Origin: Nitrosopumilus sp.
GTDB taxonomy: Archaea > Thermoproteota > Nitrososphaeria > Nitrososphaerales > Nitrosopumilaceae
DNA length: 64,000 nucleotides
NCBI GenBank assembly: GCA_965224195.1
Contig: OZ245040.1
Span: 1,952,001-2,016,000, forward strand
Direction of reading: 5' to 3'
The notes beneath the pieces are model-generated. The model had not been told where the DNA came from. It did not search any database and worked only from the letters and a program-made list of their open reading frames with translations. Each line of letters opens with the position of its first letter. Positions within the stretch are counted from its first letter, which is position 1. A program made the position numbers and the translations under genes. Shown piece by piece: positions 29,694 to 39,622 of the stretch.

Positions 29694-30512
29694 TCAGTTT
29701 TTTCTAATCTGGTACATTTTTAGAATTCCAAAAATAGGAATTCCTACATACATTCCAATGTTTAATAGTACTATGGAGATGCCATATCCTAGCATTTCTT
29801 CTTCAGAATTTATCTCAACATGACTAAGTAAAGATAGTGATGATAACATTGGAGTTAATCCCATTTTTACAACTTCTTTGAAAATTACATTTTCTCTTTC
29901 AAAGTCAGCTATTGATGGTGAAAATGAATAATAGAATTGATTAAATCCGTTCATGAATACAGTTCCAGATTTTGTTGATAACACTGTGTTATCTCTAAGT
30001 TCTCTTAGTTGTTGAACTTGTGGTGCCATTTCAGAACCATATGTTGCAGTTGCAATTAAACATCCTCCATTTTCTTTAGGTGGTGTATTATTTCCTGGTG
30101 TAGATGGTTCCGCATGTGCTTCTCCTACTGTAATATCAAATGATACTGTTTCAGTTGGAATTGGCTGAAACAAAATTTTTTCTATTTCAAAATCTATTGC
30201 ATATACTCCATCCCCAAGGTTAAATTCAATTGGAATTTTTACAGACCCAACTGATGTATGAGTTAATGGAATTGGTCCAAACACTTTTTCACCATCTTTA
30301 GAAACAGAAATGGTATAGTCAATATGCTCTTGGATTTTTTGTGTTTGAGGATTTAGAAAATCAATGTTTATTTTTGTTTGAACATTTGGCTCAATAATGT
30401 CATGTGTTAGTTTTACATCAAGTGTACCTTTCTCTGTAGGCAAAGTTTGGGATTCAGCAAATGCTGGAATTACTAATAATGGAATAAGTAATACTGCAAG
30501 TAAAAATTTCAT
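29694..30512 (-). CDS. Secreted protein with CFI-box-CTERM domain
   Basis: Signal peptide; GGCLIATATYGSEMAPQVQQLRELRD; C-terminal TM. Confidence 0.88.
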   Translation of the reverse strand: MKFLLAVLLIPLLVIPAFAESQTLPTEKGTLDVKLTHDIIEPNVQTKINIDFLNPQTQKIQEHIDYTISVSKDGEKVFGPIPLTHTSVGSVKIPIEFNLGDGVYAIDFEIEKILFQPIPTETVSFDITVGEAHAEPSTPGNNTPPKENGGCLIATATYGSEMAPQVQQLRELRDNTVLSTKSGTVFMNGFNQFYYSFSPSIADFERENVIFKEVVKMGLTPMLSSLSLLSHVEINSEEEMLGYGISIVLLNIGMYVGIPIFGILKMYQIRKN

Positions 30513-30627
30513 ATTTTTACTTTTAAAATCGGAAATAAAAGTTGTACTCTGTTTTCTAAATGAAAAAAATTATCACGCGTAGAAATACTGTACCAGCTTT
30601 AAATATGGAATTGGTACAATTTTTGTA

Positions 30628-32340
30628 TTGTATAATAAATTTGCATTATTCATTTCAATAATTGGTATTTTCTCAATTGCTATTATTCTACCTGATGCAT
30701 TTGGACATGGGCTTGGAGGAGATCAAGCCGAACCAATATCATTTGATGGTATGGAAGTAACTGTTCGTACACAATTGAGTCCGTCTGATATTACAGCAGG
30801 AGATGTTGACTCTGCTAACATGCAAGTACGTTTCTTTGACACATTAACTGATGAGAATCTTGACAAAGTCACTTACAGAGTAGAAGTTTGGCAAAGTGGT
30901 GAACTATTAGCTAGAAATTTGTTTTATGACCTGGATGGAAGATTAGATGTTCAAATTAAACCAAAAACTGGATGTGATGAACTTAATCTTCATGAATGTT
31001 CAATTTATTATGGTTCTGAACATGTGAGTGCTCCTGGTGCATTATTTGTACAGGGAGCCGATTGTACTGATGATAATTTAGATATCTGTGCAAGACCATC
31101 AATTACTGGTCCAATTTTTGTTAAAGGTGGATTATACAAAATTAGAGTTGATATTGAAGCTGCTACTAGTCCAAGAACTGTACTAGCCAATTTACTAAGT
31201 TACGAAACTTTTGTAAGTGTTGCACAGGATCAAAATTTTTCTTTCCAAACTGCAAATGCTGAAGAAATTCCAGTTGTAATTAAAACATATTATGACGATG
31301 TTGATAATTTTAAATTTGATAATTCAGATAACTCAATTTCTTTTGATATGCCATTTGATTGGAGTCCAGATTACGTTAACTTAGTACAAGTAGTACATGA
31401 AGAAGTTAGAGTTCCAAAAACATTTGCACCTTATGCAGATGGAAAACAATTCAAGGGTTATGTTAATGGTGTTGAAATTGATCAGAGAGCCTTACTTAAT
31501 GATCCATATTCATCTGAAGATACAAATATTGTTCATTTTTTAATTACCAAAAATGAATTAGAAAAAATTAATGAAACTCTTGGTCCTTCTAATTATAATA
31601 ATTTACAGATGGATTTGAAATTAGTTCCATTAGATGAAGTATCAAAAAGTTTTACTGAATTTTATCTTGTAGATGCTTCCAATTATGAACAACAAGTTCC
31701 AACTACTGTAAATATTTCATGGGATGGAAAATACGGCGCTAACCAAGAAATTCCTTTTGAGTTTACATTCTTTAATGAAAATAGAGAATTAATCAAAGAT
31801 TTGAGATATGGATATGCGGTAATGGATGAATCTCAGCAAGAATTATTTAGATATACTCCTAGTGATATAGCTCTTCCTGGAATTATATCTGTTGAAGGAT
31901 TAGATGTTCAAGAAATCTATGTTCCTTCTGAAGGTTATGTTCAAGTTGATGTTTGGGTATATGGAACCGGATTAGATTACAATCCAACATATGCTGGAAT
32001 TGGTTCAACAATAATTGAGATTGGTCCAGGCTCTTCAACACAAACTCCAACAGTACCTGAGAAAACACCAATTCCTAGTTGGATTAAAAATAATGCAGAA
32101 TGGTGGGCAGCAGGACAAATCGATGATGGTTCATTTATTCAAGGAATTCAATATTTGATTAAAGAAGATGTTCTAAAAATCCCTCCAACTTCACAAGGAA
32201 CCAGTTCTGGTTCAAATGATATCCCAGGCTGGATTAAAAATAATGCAGAATGGTGGGCAGCAGGACAAATAGATGATGGTTCTTTTGTTCAAGGCATTCA
32301 ATATTTGATTAAAGAAGGAATTATGAGAATTCAATCATAG
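30628..32340 (+). CDS. Surface protein with two C-terminal WIKNNAxWW repeats
   Basis: Signal peptide AFG|HGLGGD; TYYD, FDMPFDW, VHEE motifs. Confidence 0.85.
   Translation: MYNKFALFISIIGIFSIAIILPDAFGHGLGGDQAEPISFDGMEVTVRTQLSPSDITAGDVDSANMQVRFFDTLTDENLDKVTYRVEVWQSGELLARNLFYDLDGRLDVQIKPKTGCDELNLHECSIYYGSEHVSAPGALFVQGADCTDDNLDICARPSITGPIFVKGGLYKIRVDIEAATSPRTVLANLLSYETFVSVAQDQNFSFQTANAEEIPVVIKTYYDDVDNFKFDNSDNSISFDMPFDWSPDYVNLVQVVHEEVRVPKTFAPYADGKQFKGYVNGVEIDQRALLNDPYSSEDTNIVHFLITKNELEKINETLGPSNYNNLQMDLKLVPLDEVSKSFTEFYLVDASNYEQQVPTTVNISWDGKYGANQEIPFEFTFFNENRELIKDLRYGYAVMDESQQELFRYTPSDIALPGIISVEGLDVQEIYVPSEGYVQVDVWVYGTGLDYNPTYAGIGSTIIEIGPGSSTQTPTVPEKTPIPSWIKNNAEWWAAGQIDDGSFIQGIQYLIKEDVLKIPPTSQGTSSGSNDIPGWIKNNAEWWAAGQIDDGSFVQGIQYLIKEGIMRIQS
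32080..32317 (+). repeat. Two 88-bp intragenic direct repeats, 150-bp period
   Basis: 32080-32167 and 32230-32317 differ at 4 positions. Confidence 0.85.
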
Positions 32341-32373
32341 GTTTTTAAATAAATTCTGTTAAGTGATAGTATA

Positions 32374-32580
32374 ATGAAAGACATCAATGATATCATGCCA
32401 AAAGTTCAGAACATGAGATGGGGTGCTTTGATGAATCAAGCACCAACAAATGATAAGGTTGAAGAAATGAATAAAATTTTTCCAGATAACGGTAGATGGC
32501 ATACAGTTTTTGAAGAACAAGATCAAGTTACAGTTGATGGAAAAGAAATTAGAAAGAAAAATCCTGACAAGTGGACCTAG
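32374..32580 (+). CDS. Small conserved hypothetical protein
   Basis: 68-aa ATG ORF between the two paralogous surface-protein genes. Confidence 0.7.
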   Translation: MKDINDIMPKVQNMRWGALMNQAPTNDKVEEMNKIFPDNGRWHTVFEEQDQVTVDGKEIRKKNPDKWT

Positions 32581-32581
32581 A

Positions 32582-34138
32582 TTGAAAAGTTTTTCATTAC
32601 TTGCATTTTTAATAATTTTAGCTGTTTTAGCTATTGGATTTGATAATGTATATGGCCATGGTGTAGGAAGTGAAATTTTTCCTCCTGTTGATCTAAATGG
32701 AAAGCAAGTCACTCTTGAAGTATCATCATCAAAAAGTGATCCTAACGAAAGTGATGATCAACAAATTTCAATATCATTAATTGATTTTAATTCAAAAATT
32801 ACTCTACGAGATGTTACATTTCAAATTAAATCTGAACGTGGAGAACAATTCCTCTTTGAGCAAGAATTCAAAGCAGACAATGGATTCATAGTTTTTAATT
32901 TTGTATCAGAAGAAACTAATTCAATAATTTTAGAAGAAGAAAATGGTGGTGGAATATTTGGTTCATTATTGGGATTAGAAAGCAGAATGGTGCATGTTAA
33001 AGGGCCTAAACTTAGTGAAGGTGGTCTATACAAATTAGATGTGAGTGTCTTAACTGCTGATGGATATTCTCAAAAATTAGATGAACCTCTAGTCTTCAAC
33101 GCTGGAATTTCAATAGCTCAAACATCTAGACATAATTTTATTGATCCAAATTTTGGTGAACAAAACATCCATGTGGTTACTTACTATGATGAAATTTCAA
33201 ATTTCAATTATGATTTTGGCTCTAAAGAAATTAGCTTTTTCATGCCTTTTGAATGGAATCAATTAAACATTAACCAAACCTCAGTAGTTCATGAAGAATT
33301 AGTTATTCCAAAACAATTTGGTGATTTACTAGTATCTGGCTTCACAATGTCTGTAAATGGAGTACAATTATCTGAAGATATTGTAAATATTGATGATTTC
33401 TTTGCTGATGGTAGAATTGTTCATTTTATAATATATCAAAAAGAATTACAGAAAGTTTTTGATAATAATTCAAATCAAAACGGAATGGATTTTGTTATAT
33501 CACCAGACCGTGATTATACTCATCTAAGTGCAGTTACTGATAATGGACAATTTAGAGTTCTAATATACTCAGAACCAGACAATCTAAAATCAAATTCAAA
33601 TGCAAAAATACTTTTTGATGTAACTGATATTTTCTTAAAGAACAAGCTAGTTGCAACAAATTATGAATTTTCAGTAACTCAAAATGAAAGAATAATTTTT
33701 GAACAAAGTGGAATAAGTACTGATTCAAAAGATGAACATAACCTAGCAGAATTTTTTATTCATGAAGATGTTTCAGGCATTGTGAATCTAAATTTTAAAA
33801 ATCTAGATAACAACAATCTTGCAAAGATAACAATTCCAATTGTGATTGATAGAATATCAACAAATGAAGAGATTTCATTACCTGATTGGATTAAAAATAA
33901 TGCATTATGGTGGTCAGAAGAACAAATTGATGATAATACATTCATTCAAGGAATTGAATACATGATTAAAAATAAAATAATTTCAATCCCGCAAACTCCA
34001 CGAGAAACTTCAACATCTGAAGAAATCCCATCTTGGATTAAAAATAATGCAGCTTGGTGGGCTAATGGTCAAATTGATGATAAAACATTTGTTCAAGGTT
34101 TGGAATTTATGATAAAGGCGGGTATTCTTCATGTTTGA
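32582..34138 (+). CDS. Paralogous surface protein with two WIKNNAxWW repeats
   Basis: Likely TTG start at 32582; VYG|HGVGSE; GGLYK, TYYD, FFMPFEW, VHEE shared with 30628-32340. Confidence 0.85.
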   Translation: MKSFSLLAFLIILAVLAIGFDNVYGHGVGSEIFPPVDLNGKQVTLEVSSSKSDPNESDDQQISISLIDFNSKITLRDVTFQIKSERGEQFLFEQEFKADNGFIVFNFVSEETNSIILEEENGGGIFGSLLGLESRMVHVKGPKLSEGGLYKLDVSVLTADGYSQKLDEPLVFNAGISIAQTSRHNFIDPNFGEQNIHVVTYYDEISNFNYDFGSKEISFFMPFEWNQLNINQTSVVHEELVIPKQFGDLLVSGFTMSVNGVQLSEDIVNIDDFFADGRIVHFIIYQKELQKVFDNNSNQNGMDFVISPDRDYTHLSAVTDNGQFRVLIYSEPDNLKSNSNAKILFDVTDIFLKNKLVATNYEFSVTQNERIIFEQSGISTDSKDEHNLAEFFIHEDVSGIVNLNFKNLDNNNLAKITIPIVIDRISTNEEISLPDWIKNNALWWSEEQIDDNTFIQGIEYMIKNKIISIPQTPRETSTSEEIPSWIKNNAAWWANGQIDDKTFVQGLEFMIKAGILHV

Positions 34139-34201
34139 TCGATTCCTATTCGATCAATGAACCAGTCGCTTTAAATCTCTAAAACCATAATTCTGATCAC
34201 T

Positions 34202-34594
34202 TTGTTTAGGCCTGAGAGCATAGTTGAGAAAAAATCGACTTTATTTTCTATTGTGGTTGCTGGTGTAATTGCAATTTTAGCAATGCCGATTATTATTCCG
34301 CATTTGTTACATGGGTATCATTTGGCACACATCTTTTTACACATTGGAGGAATTACACTTGCAGTCTTTATTTCTGTACTTGTAACTTTTGCATATTATA
34401 GATTAAGAACAAAACGACTTTTACTAAGTGCAATTGCTTTTACAAATTTCATTGCAGCTGAAGTTGTATTACTCGTTGATGCAACCTGGCCATCTATTTT
34501 TGATATTGGTGATATGACTCTTCCAGAAGTAGGACATTTATTGACGTTTATCACATTAGGATTGCTGGCATTAGGAGTGTTTAGAAATGACTAA
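34202..34594 (+). CDS. Four-TM His-rich membrane protein
   Basis: PHLLHGYHLAHIFLHIGG; overlaps start of downstream regulator. Confidence 0.78.
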   Translation: MFRPESIVEKKSTLFSIVVAGVIAILAMPIIIPHLLHGYHLAHIFLHIGGITLAVFISVLVTFAYYRLRTKRLLLSAIAFTNFIAAEVVLLVDATWPSIFDIGDMTLPEVGHLLTFITLGLLALGVFRND

Positions 34595-35085
34595 TAGAGA
34601 TTTACAATTACAACAAATTATTGAACAAAACCCTGGGATTCAATTCCGTGAAATTATGCGTTCATCTGGATTAAAAAATGGCGTATTGAGTCATTATTTG
34701 GGTAAATTAGAAAAAAGTGGAATAGTCAAAGTAATTCGTGAACCACGTCAAGCAAGATTTTATCCACCAAAAATTACTGAAGATGAATCAATTGAAATCA
34801 AAGCTTTAAGAAAACAAACTCCACGAGATTTACTACTTGCATTAATTGAAAATGACGGATTAGAATTTTCTCAACTTGTTAAAGCAGTTAAAAAATCTCC
34901 GTCAACTGTTTCATTATATTTGTCACAAATTGTAGAAGATGAATTAGTTGAAATCAAAATTGTTGAACTCAAAGAAATATCATATTAAAGCAAGAGATCT
35001 TATAGATAAATTAATTGAAGATTACAGACCAAGCTTGCTTGAAAAACCAACATCTGGATTTGAAGATATCATCAATTCATTCTAG
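34587..35085 (+). pseudogene. Double winged-HTH regulator with frameshift near 34972
   Basis: NPGIQFREIMR..GVLSHYL..LEK; second HTH KSPSTVSLYL; C-terminus KYHIKARDLIDKLIEDYRPSLLEKPTSGFEDIINSF continues in another frame. Confidence 0.72.
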
Positions 35086-35089
35086 AGTT

Positions 35090-35656
35090 TTAGTCTCAAA
35101 ATCTACTATATTCTTAATAGGATTTTTATTTTCTTTAATGTTAATACCACAAGTTTCTTTTTCTGAAGTTTTTATTCCAACTGATGAATACATTGGGTAT
35201 TTTGATTCTAATGGAATCTATACAGTTGTTAGAAATGTAAAAAATAAATTTAGTTATGCAGTAATCCCTACAATTACTGTATCAGTAAAAGAGAATTCTG
35301 AAATATTTTCTAAAACAATTACTCATGTACCTTTAGGTTCTGGCGCTGAAATCCCATTTAAAATAAAGTTCTTAGAAATTTTTAACAATCCGGTCTTACT
35401 TCCAGTTGATTTGTCATATGAAAGAACCACTAAAGATGTAATTCCAATTATTGTTCTTTATGACGAAACTTTGATAAAATATGACGATGGTCATCTTACT
35501 GGTAGAATTCAAAACACTGGAGAACAGACTATCTACAATCCTAAAATTTTTGCAGTTATTCATGGGTATGATCAAGTCTTAGACATTGGACAAAACATAG
35601 AATTTATTGAAAAAATTGAACCAGGAGAAATTTTAAATTTCTCAATGTATCCTGAT
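35090..35656 (+). pseudogene. Secreted FxLYD-like protein truncated at island boundary
   Basis: Signal-like segment, two G.V/I.N repeats; after FSMYPD composition switches and the frame ends; start approximate. Confidence 0.6.
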
Positions 35657-35755
35657 TGGTGCTTGTGTGACTTGCGGCAGTGAGAACATTTTTGGTTTTT
35701 ACAGAGAAACCCTCCCATCAATACCTAGCATGATAATAGATTTTATTAGTTTTTA

Positions 35756-36150
35756 TCAATAATCCTGTTTGCGTATTCTTTTGCGAAAATCACTAAAGGG
35801 CTCATTAGGGTTTGCCTCTGTCTTGTAGCGTTTTCTTAGCTCTGCAAGAGTTAAGCGCCAGTGCTTTGCATTTATTGTAATCTTTTTTACAGCAGAGTTT
35901 AGTGCCAAGATGCCCTGCGGGGTTGTAATCCATATAGGATCAGTATCAGCCTTGCTTGTTTTGTTTACATATCCATACATGTCTAACTGCGCCAAGTATG
36001 TAGACATTGTTCTTAGCCCCACATGCATCTTATCGCAGTTCTGTGAGTCTGCATTCTGTGTGGCATAGTTTTAGTATCTTGCAGTGATGTATGGTAAATG
36101 TTCCAGGTATGACTCTGAATCTCTTTGCCAATACAGTTTGTACATTGTAT
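35756..36150 (-). pseudogene. Winged-HTH protein remnant
   Basis: MHVGLRTMSTYLAQLDMYGYV..WITTPQG; upstream part broken by stop and frameshift. Confidence 0.55.
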
Positions 36151-36258
36151 ACTAGTTATATATGTCAGTTCAAGACACGTTTTAAAATTATGTAAGCCAT
36201 ACTATCATACAAAATAATTAATTTACAATTATGGCTGCCCTATAATTAATAGAAAATG

Positions 36259-36771
36259 TTATTTTTTCAAGCCAGGAGTTGGTACTTTTTTGTATGTAAC
36301 GTTACTTACTACACTTTTAATGTCAATGTTGGCATCATCGTTGATAAATGAAGGATATGCACCAGTGTATAGCATATACCAGTTCTGAACAGGTGTGGAG
36401 CCAACATATGAAAACTGGTTATAGACCTGGTTGGTAGTAGGATTGGAGCCCTTTGTACTGTAATATTTTAGAAGAAGTGTAGATGGATTTATCGACTCTG
36501 TTGCATTATCATAATGCATGTTGATGTTTGTCTTGTATAAAATACTTGCAACACTTGTAAGCCCAACATCATGGGAATCCACGGCATTTATTTTAAGATA
36601 GGATGAAGCAACTGCCACCTTAAAGGTGATGGTCTTTTGTGTAACTGTTAAAAGTCTCGAAGTAAGATCTACAGAGCTAGCATCATCAAAAAGTGGTTTG
36701 GTAAGTTGTGGGTTATTACTGTATGCCATAAATGATGTCGAAGGACTGTCATTGAACTTTATCGTACCTTG
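36259..36771 (-). pseudogene. 3' part of a beta-rich (Ser/Thr/Asn/Tyr) gene cut by IS copy B
   Basis: The ORF-track start MFDRV lies inside the IS terminal repeat; open frame of about 170 codons remains. Confidence 0.65.
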
Positions 36772-37774
36772 TACTCTGTCGAACAAATCATTTCCAACTA
36801 GTTTTTGATTTCATTCCCTCAAGCACCTGCAAACAGATTGTACAGCTCGACTTTTAATTTTAATTCCTTTGCCATGTATTTTCTTTTGTGAGCCATGACA
36901 TACTCACCAAACATCCTTTTGAATGTTGAAAACACACACTCTGCAATCCACCTGTCCCCATAGCTAACGCTGCGCTTCCACAAATCCAAATTATACGTTT
37001 GAGCCAAAACTGATTTCTTTCTCGGATAACATTTTGTTTTGAGAGATGATGTCTTTCTAACTTTGATTGCAGGCAGTGCATCTGTGTTGTGGTACAGATA
37101 TGAGAAGTTGTTTTCTGAATCATATGCGCCATCTGCCAGTACCTTAATTACATTTCCTTTGTACAATGCCTGCTGTACTAGTTCTGGCAGATGTGCAGGC
37201 ATCATGGGATGAATCATCTGTTATTTTGAGTGAAACTATTTTCTTTGATTTCACATCTGCACCAACATGAATTTTCAAGAATCCTCTCCTCATGTGCCAT
37301 TTCTGTCGCATCCATTTGTCTCTGTTTGCAGCCTTAATTCCAGTGCTGTCAATTGCCAAAATGATATCATCATCCACTGAATCATTATTCATTGATTCAT
37401 CCATCCTGATGTCAAGCTTGTTTACTCTTTTGTGGATTGATGTAAAATCAGGAACTGCTGGAATGCGTCTGGAATATGCACGAATCATTCCTTCTGTTTG
37501 TCTGAATGGTAATTCAAAATAGATTCTCGCATAACCTAGCAATTTCATAAACGAGTCAGGATAGTCAAACTTTCTACCTCTTTTGTTGTGATTCATGACC
37601 TCTAGTTCTTTATGCCAGTTATCAATAACATCAAATGACATTATGATCTTCACCATTTCTGACTAGTTTCTCATTGTATTGACTCCATTGTACCATGAAA
37701 ATAATCAGAATGTGAGATCCAAAGCTATTGTGGTGCAATGATATTGATCAGATTGTTATTTGTTTGACAAAGTA
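36772..37774 (-). mobile_element. IS5-family (ISH1-like) element copy B, about 1.0 kb, transposase 36819-37696 with two frameshifts
   Basis: TIRs TACTCTGTCGAACAAAT / ATTTGTTTGACAAAGTA (15 of 17); MVQWSQYNEKLVRNGE start, RGRKFDYPD, IDSTG, ADGAYD, RWIAE. Confidence 0.92.
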
Positions 37775-37917
37775 AAATGAACAAGACGATCAGGATATTC
37801 CTCTTGTTGTATTACATAAATAGCACCCAAATATGCAGATTTAATTTTTTCATCGTATCTATACAGTTGTAAGGCAAGATCTTTTTGCTTTGAATTTAAT
37901 TTGGGATATTTGATCAA
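37775..37917 (-). pseudogene. 5' fragment of a gene cut by IS copy B
   Basis: IKYPKLNSKQKDLALQLYRYDEK / KSAYLGAIYVIQQEEYPDRLVHF ending at the TIR. Confidence 0.4.
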
Positions 37918-38004
37918 TAATCATCACAAATACTCACATGACATTTCATTATATAACAAGGGTATTATAGAATAACCACATAATCAATCTCTCGTACAAT
38001 CAAC

Positions 38005-38470
38005 TCATCCCAATACTCTCCAATACATCATGATACATGCCAAGTAAACAAATGACAAATAATTATCATAATTCTTTTCGTATCTAATTCTTGTTCTATG
38101 AAATCCATTTTTCAACCAAGCAAATAACCGTTCCACTACAAATCTTGTTTTGTTGTAATTGCTGTAACCCTTATTTTGTATGTTATTTTATAAAATAATT
38201 CTTGAATTCTTTTTGTATGGAATGCAGCAATCAATGCCGTTGTTCCTCAGATAATTTCTAATGTATTTTGGCATCGTAACCTTTGTCTACAAAACAAGAT
38301 ACAATTTATTTGACGGAATTATAATCAAAAAAATCTAAAATGGATTCCATAACGTCAATGAATTTTGTACTGTCATGAATATTTGCAGAACTGCACACAA
38401 CGGATATCAGCAAGCCGTTTTGTTCTACTACAACATGTATTTTTGTGCCTGTTGTTCTTTTGAAATTGCC
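38005..38470 (-). pseudogene. IS5-family (IS1031/IS427-like) transposase C-terminal remnant
   Basis: GTKIHVVVEQNGL, ANIHDS, FVDKGYDA, RFVVERLFAWLKNGFHRTRIRYEK. Confidence 0.82.
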
Positions 38471-38805
38471 ATTACTACAGAACCTGAATTAAATGGTTTT
38501 AGGACAGTACAGATCCACCATGTTTGATTACTTCATTCATGGTCTCTTTGTTTTCTTTTGCCAAAATAACTACAACTTTAGCTTGTGGATTATATGTTGT
38601 AATTGCCTGAGTTGCTTTTATTCCATCCACATCAGGCATCACAATATCCATCATAACCACATGTGGTTGATGTGCCATATATTGAGGAATATCTTCTTTT
38701 CCATCTTTTGCTTCATAGTATACACTTCCAATTTTAGCATCGATAAGAATTTTTTTAATCGATGATCTAAAAATGATGAATCATCAGCGACGGGAATTTT
38801 GCCAT
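38460..38805 (-). pseudogene. CheY-like response-regulator receiver pseudogene
   Basis: MAKIPVADDSSF / IKKIL..EAKDGKE / PHVVMMDIVMPDVDGIKATQAI..NPQAKVVVI / LKPF across frameshifts. Confidence 0.85.
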
Positions 38806-38977
38806 AACGTAAAAGATTCAATCATACTCAAAATAAAATTTTGTAAATGTCTTATAGTATTCTGTAAGCCCATAAAATACAGTTAAAATGATTATTAAAA
38901 TGCATGTTAATTTTCATTTTCTCCAATATGCCTGAATTCAAAATTCATACAGAATACCCATATCAGGAATCCACATT

Positions 38978-39135
38978 ATGGAAATCGACCTTCATCGATT
39001 AATTCTTTGTACATTACTGATTCAATACGATTTTGTGCAGCACCGCATTTACTACACATGCCTGTTTCATCAGGATTCTTTTTCATTTTCTTCTCACATT
39101 CTACACACTTGTTAATGCCTTTTTTGAATCCATAT
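38978..39135 (-). pseudogene. Small zinc-ribbon protein remnant
   Basis: KCVECEKK..GMCSKCGAAQNRIESVMYKELIDEGRFP*; 5' part frameshifted; boundaries approximate. Confidence 0.45.
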
Positions 39136-39276
39136 CAGGATTTTTTTCTAATCTAGATAATAACTATATCTTCAAAATTAGGGTTTTGTTGTCAAATCAA
39201 AATTTAGCCCTTCAAATATACTATTGATTTTAATTTGGGATTTTTACAAAAATTAAAAATATTGAAAAAATCGAAA

Positions 39277-39349
39277 GGCCCTCGAGGGGAATCGAACTCC
39301 TGTCCGAGGATCCACAATCCTCTATACTAACCACTGTACTACGAGGGCC
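39277..39349 (-). tRNA. tRNA-His(GTG) with encoded G-1
   Basis: GGCCCTCGTAGTACAGTGGTTAGTATA-GAGGA-TTGTGGA-TCCTC..GTTCGATTC..CGAGGGCC. Confidence 0.95.
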
Positions 39350-39443
39350 ACAAAGAAAGAAGCTTGTTCAACCAGTAATAATCTTTAAGATCTAACTGGA
39401 AACTATACTGTAGATTTATTATTGACTAAATAAAATCATCAAC

Positions 39444-39524
39444 ATGCGTCTATGGTGGTTTGCAATGGGAGCAACAGTAGTAGCAGTTTGGATAGGAGTA
39501 AACTATCTTCTTCCGTGGGTATAA
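39444..39524 (+). CDS. Putative 26-aa single-TM microprotein (MRLWWFAMGATVVAVWIGVNYLLPWV)
   Basis: ATG ORF, uniformly hydrophobic, TATA-like TTTATT about 28 nt upstream. Confidence 0.5.
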   Translation: MRLWWFAMGATVVAVWIGVNYLLPWV

Positions 39525-39622
39525 ACTTGGCCAACTCTTTTGTTCATCTAGCCTCAAATCCAAAAATAATTTTTGAATCATAATAGCGATCGCTTTAAAT
39601 TTGTTGTATCAGGGTTTTCGAC

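Noticed and set aside
38493-38765. 90-aa plus-strand ORF
   Set aside because: Antisense shadow of the CheY-like pseudogene
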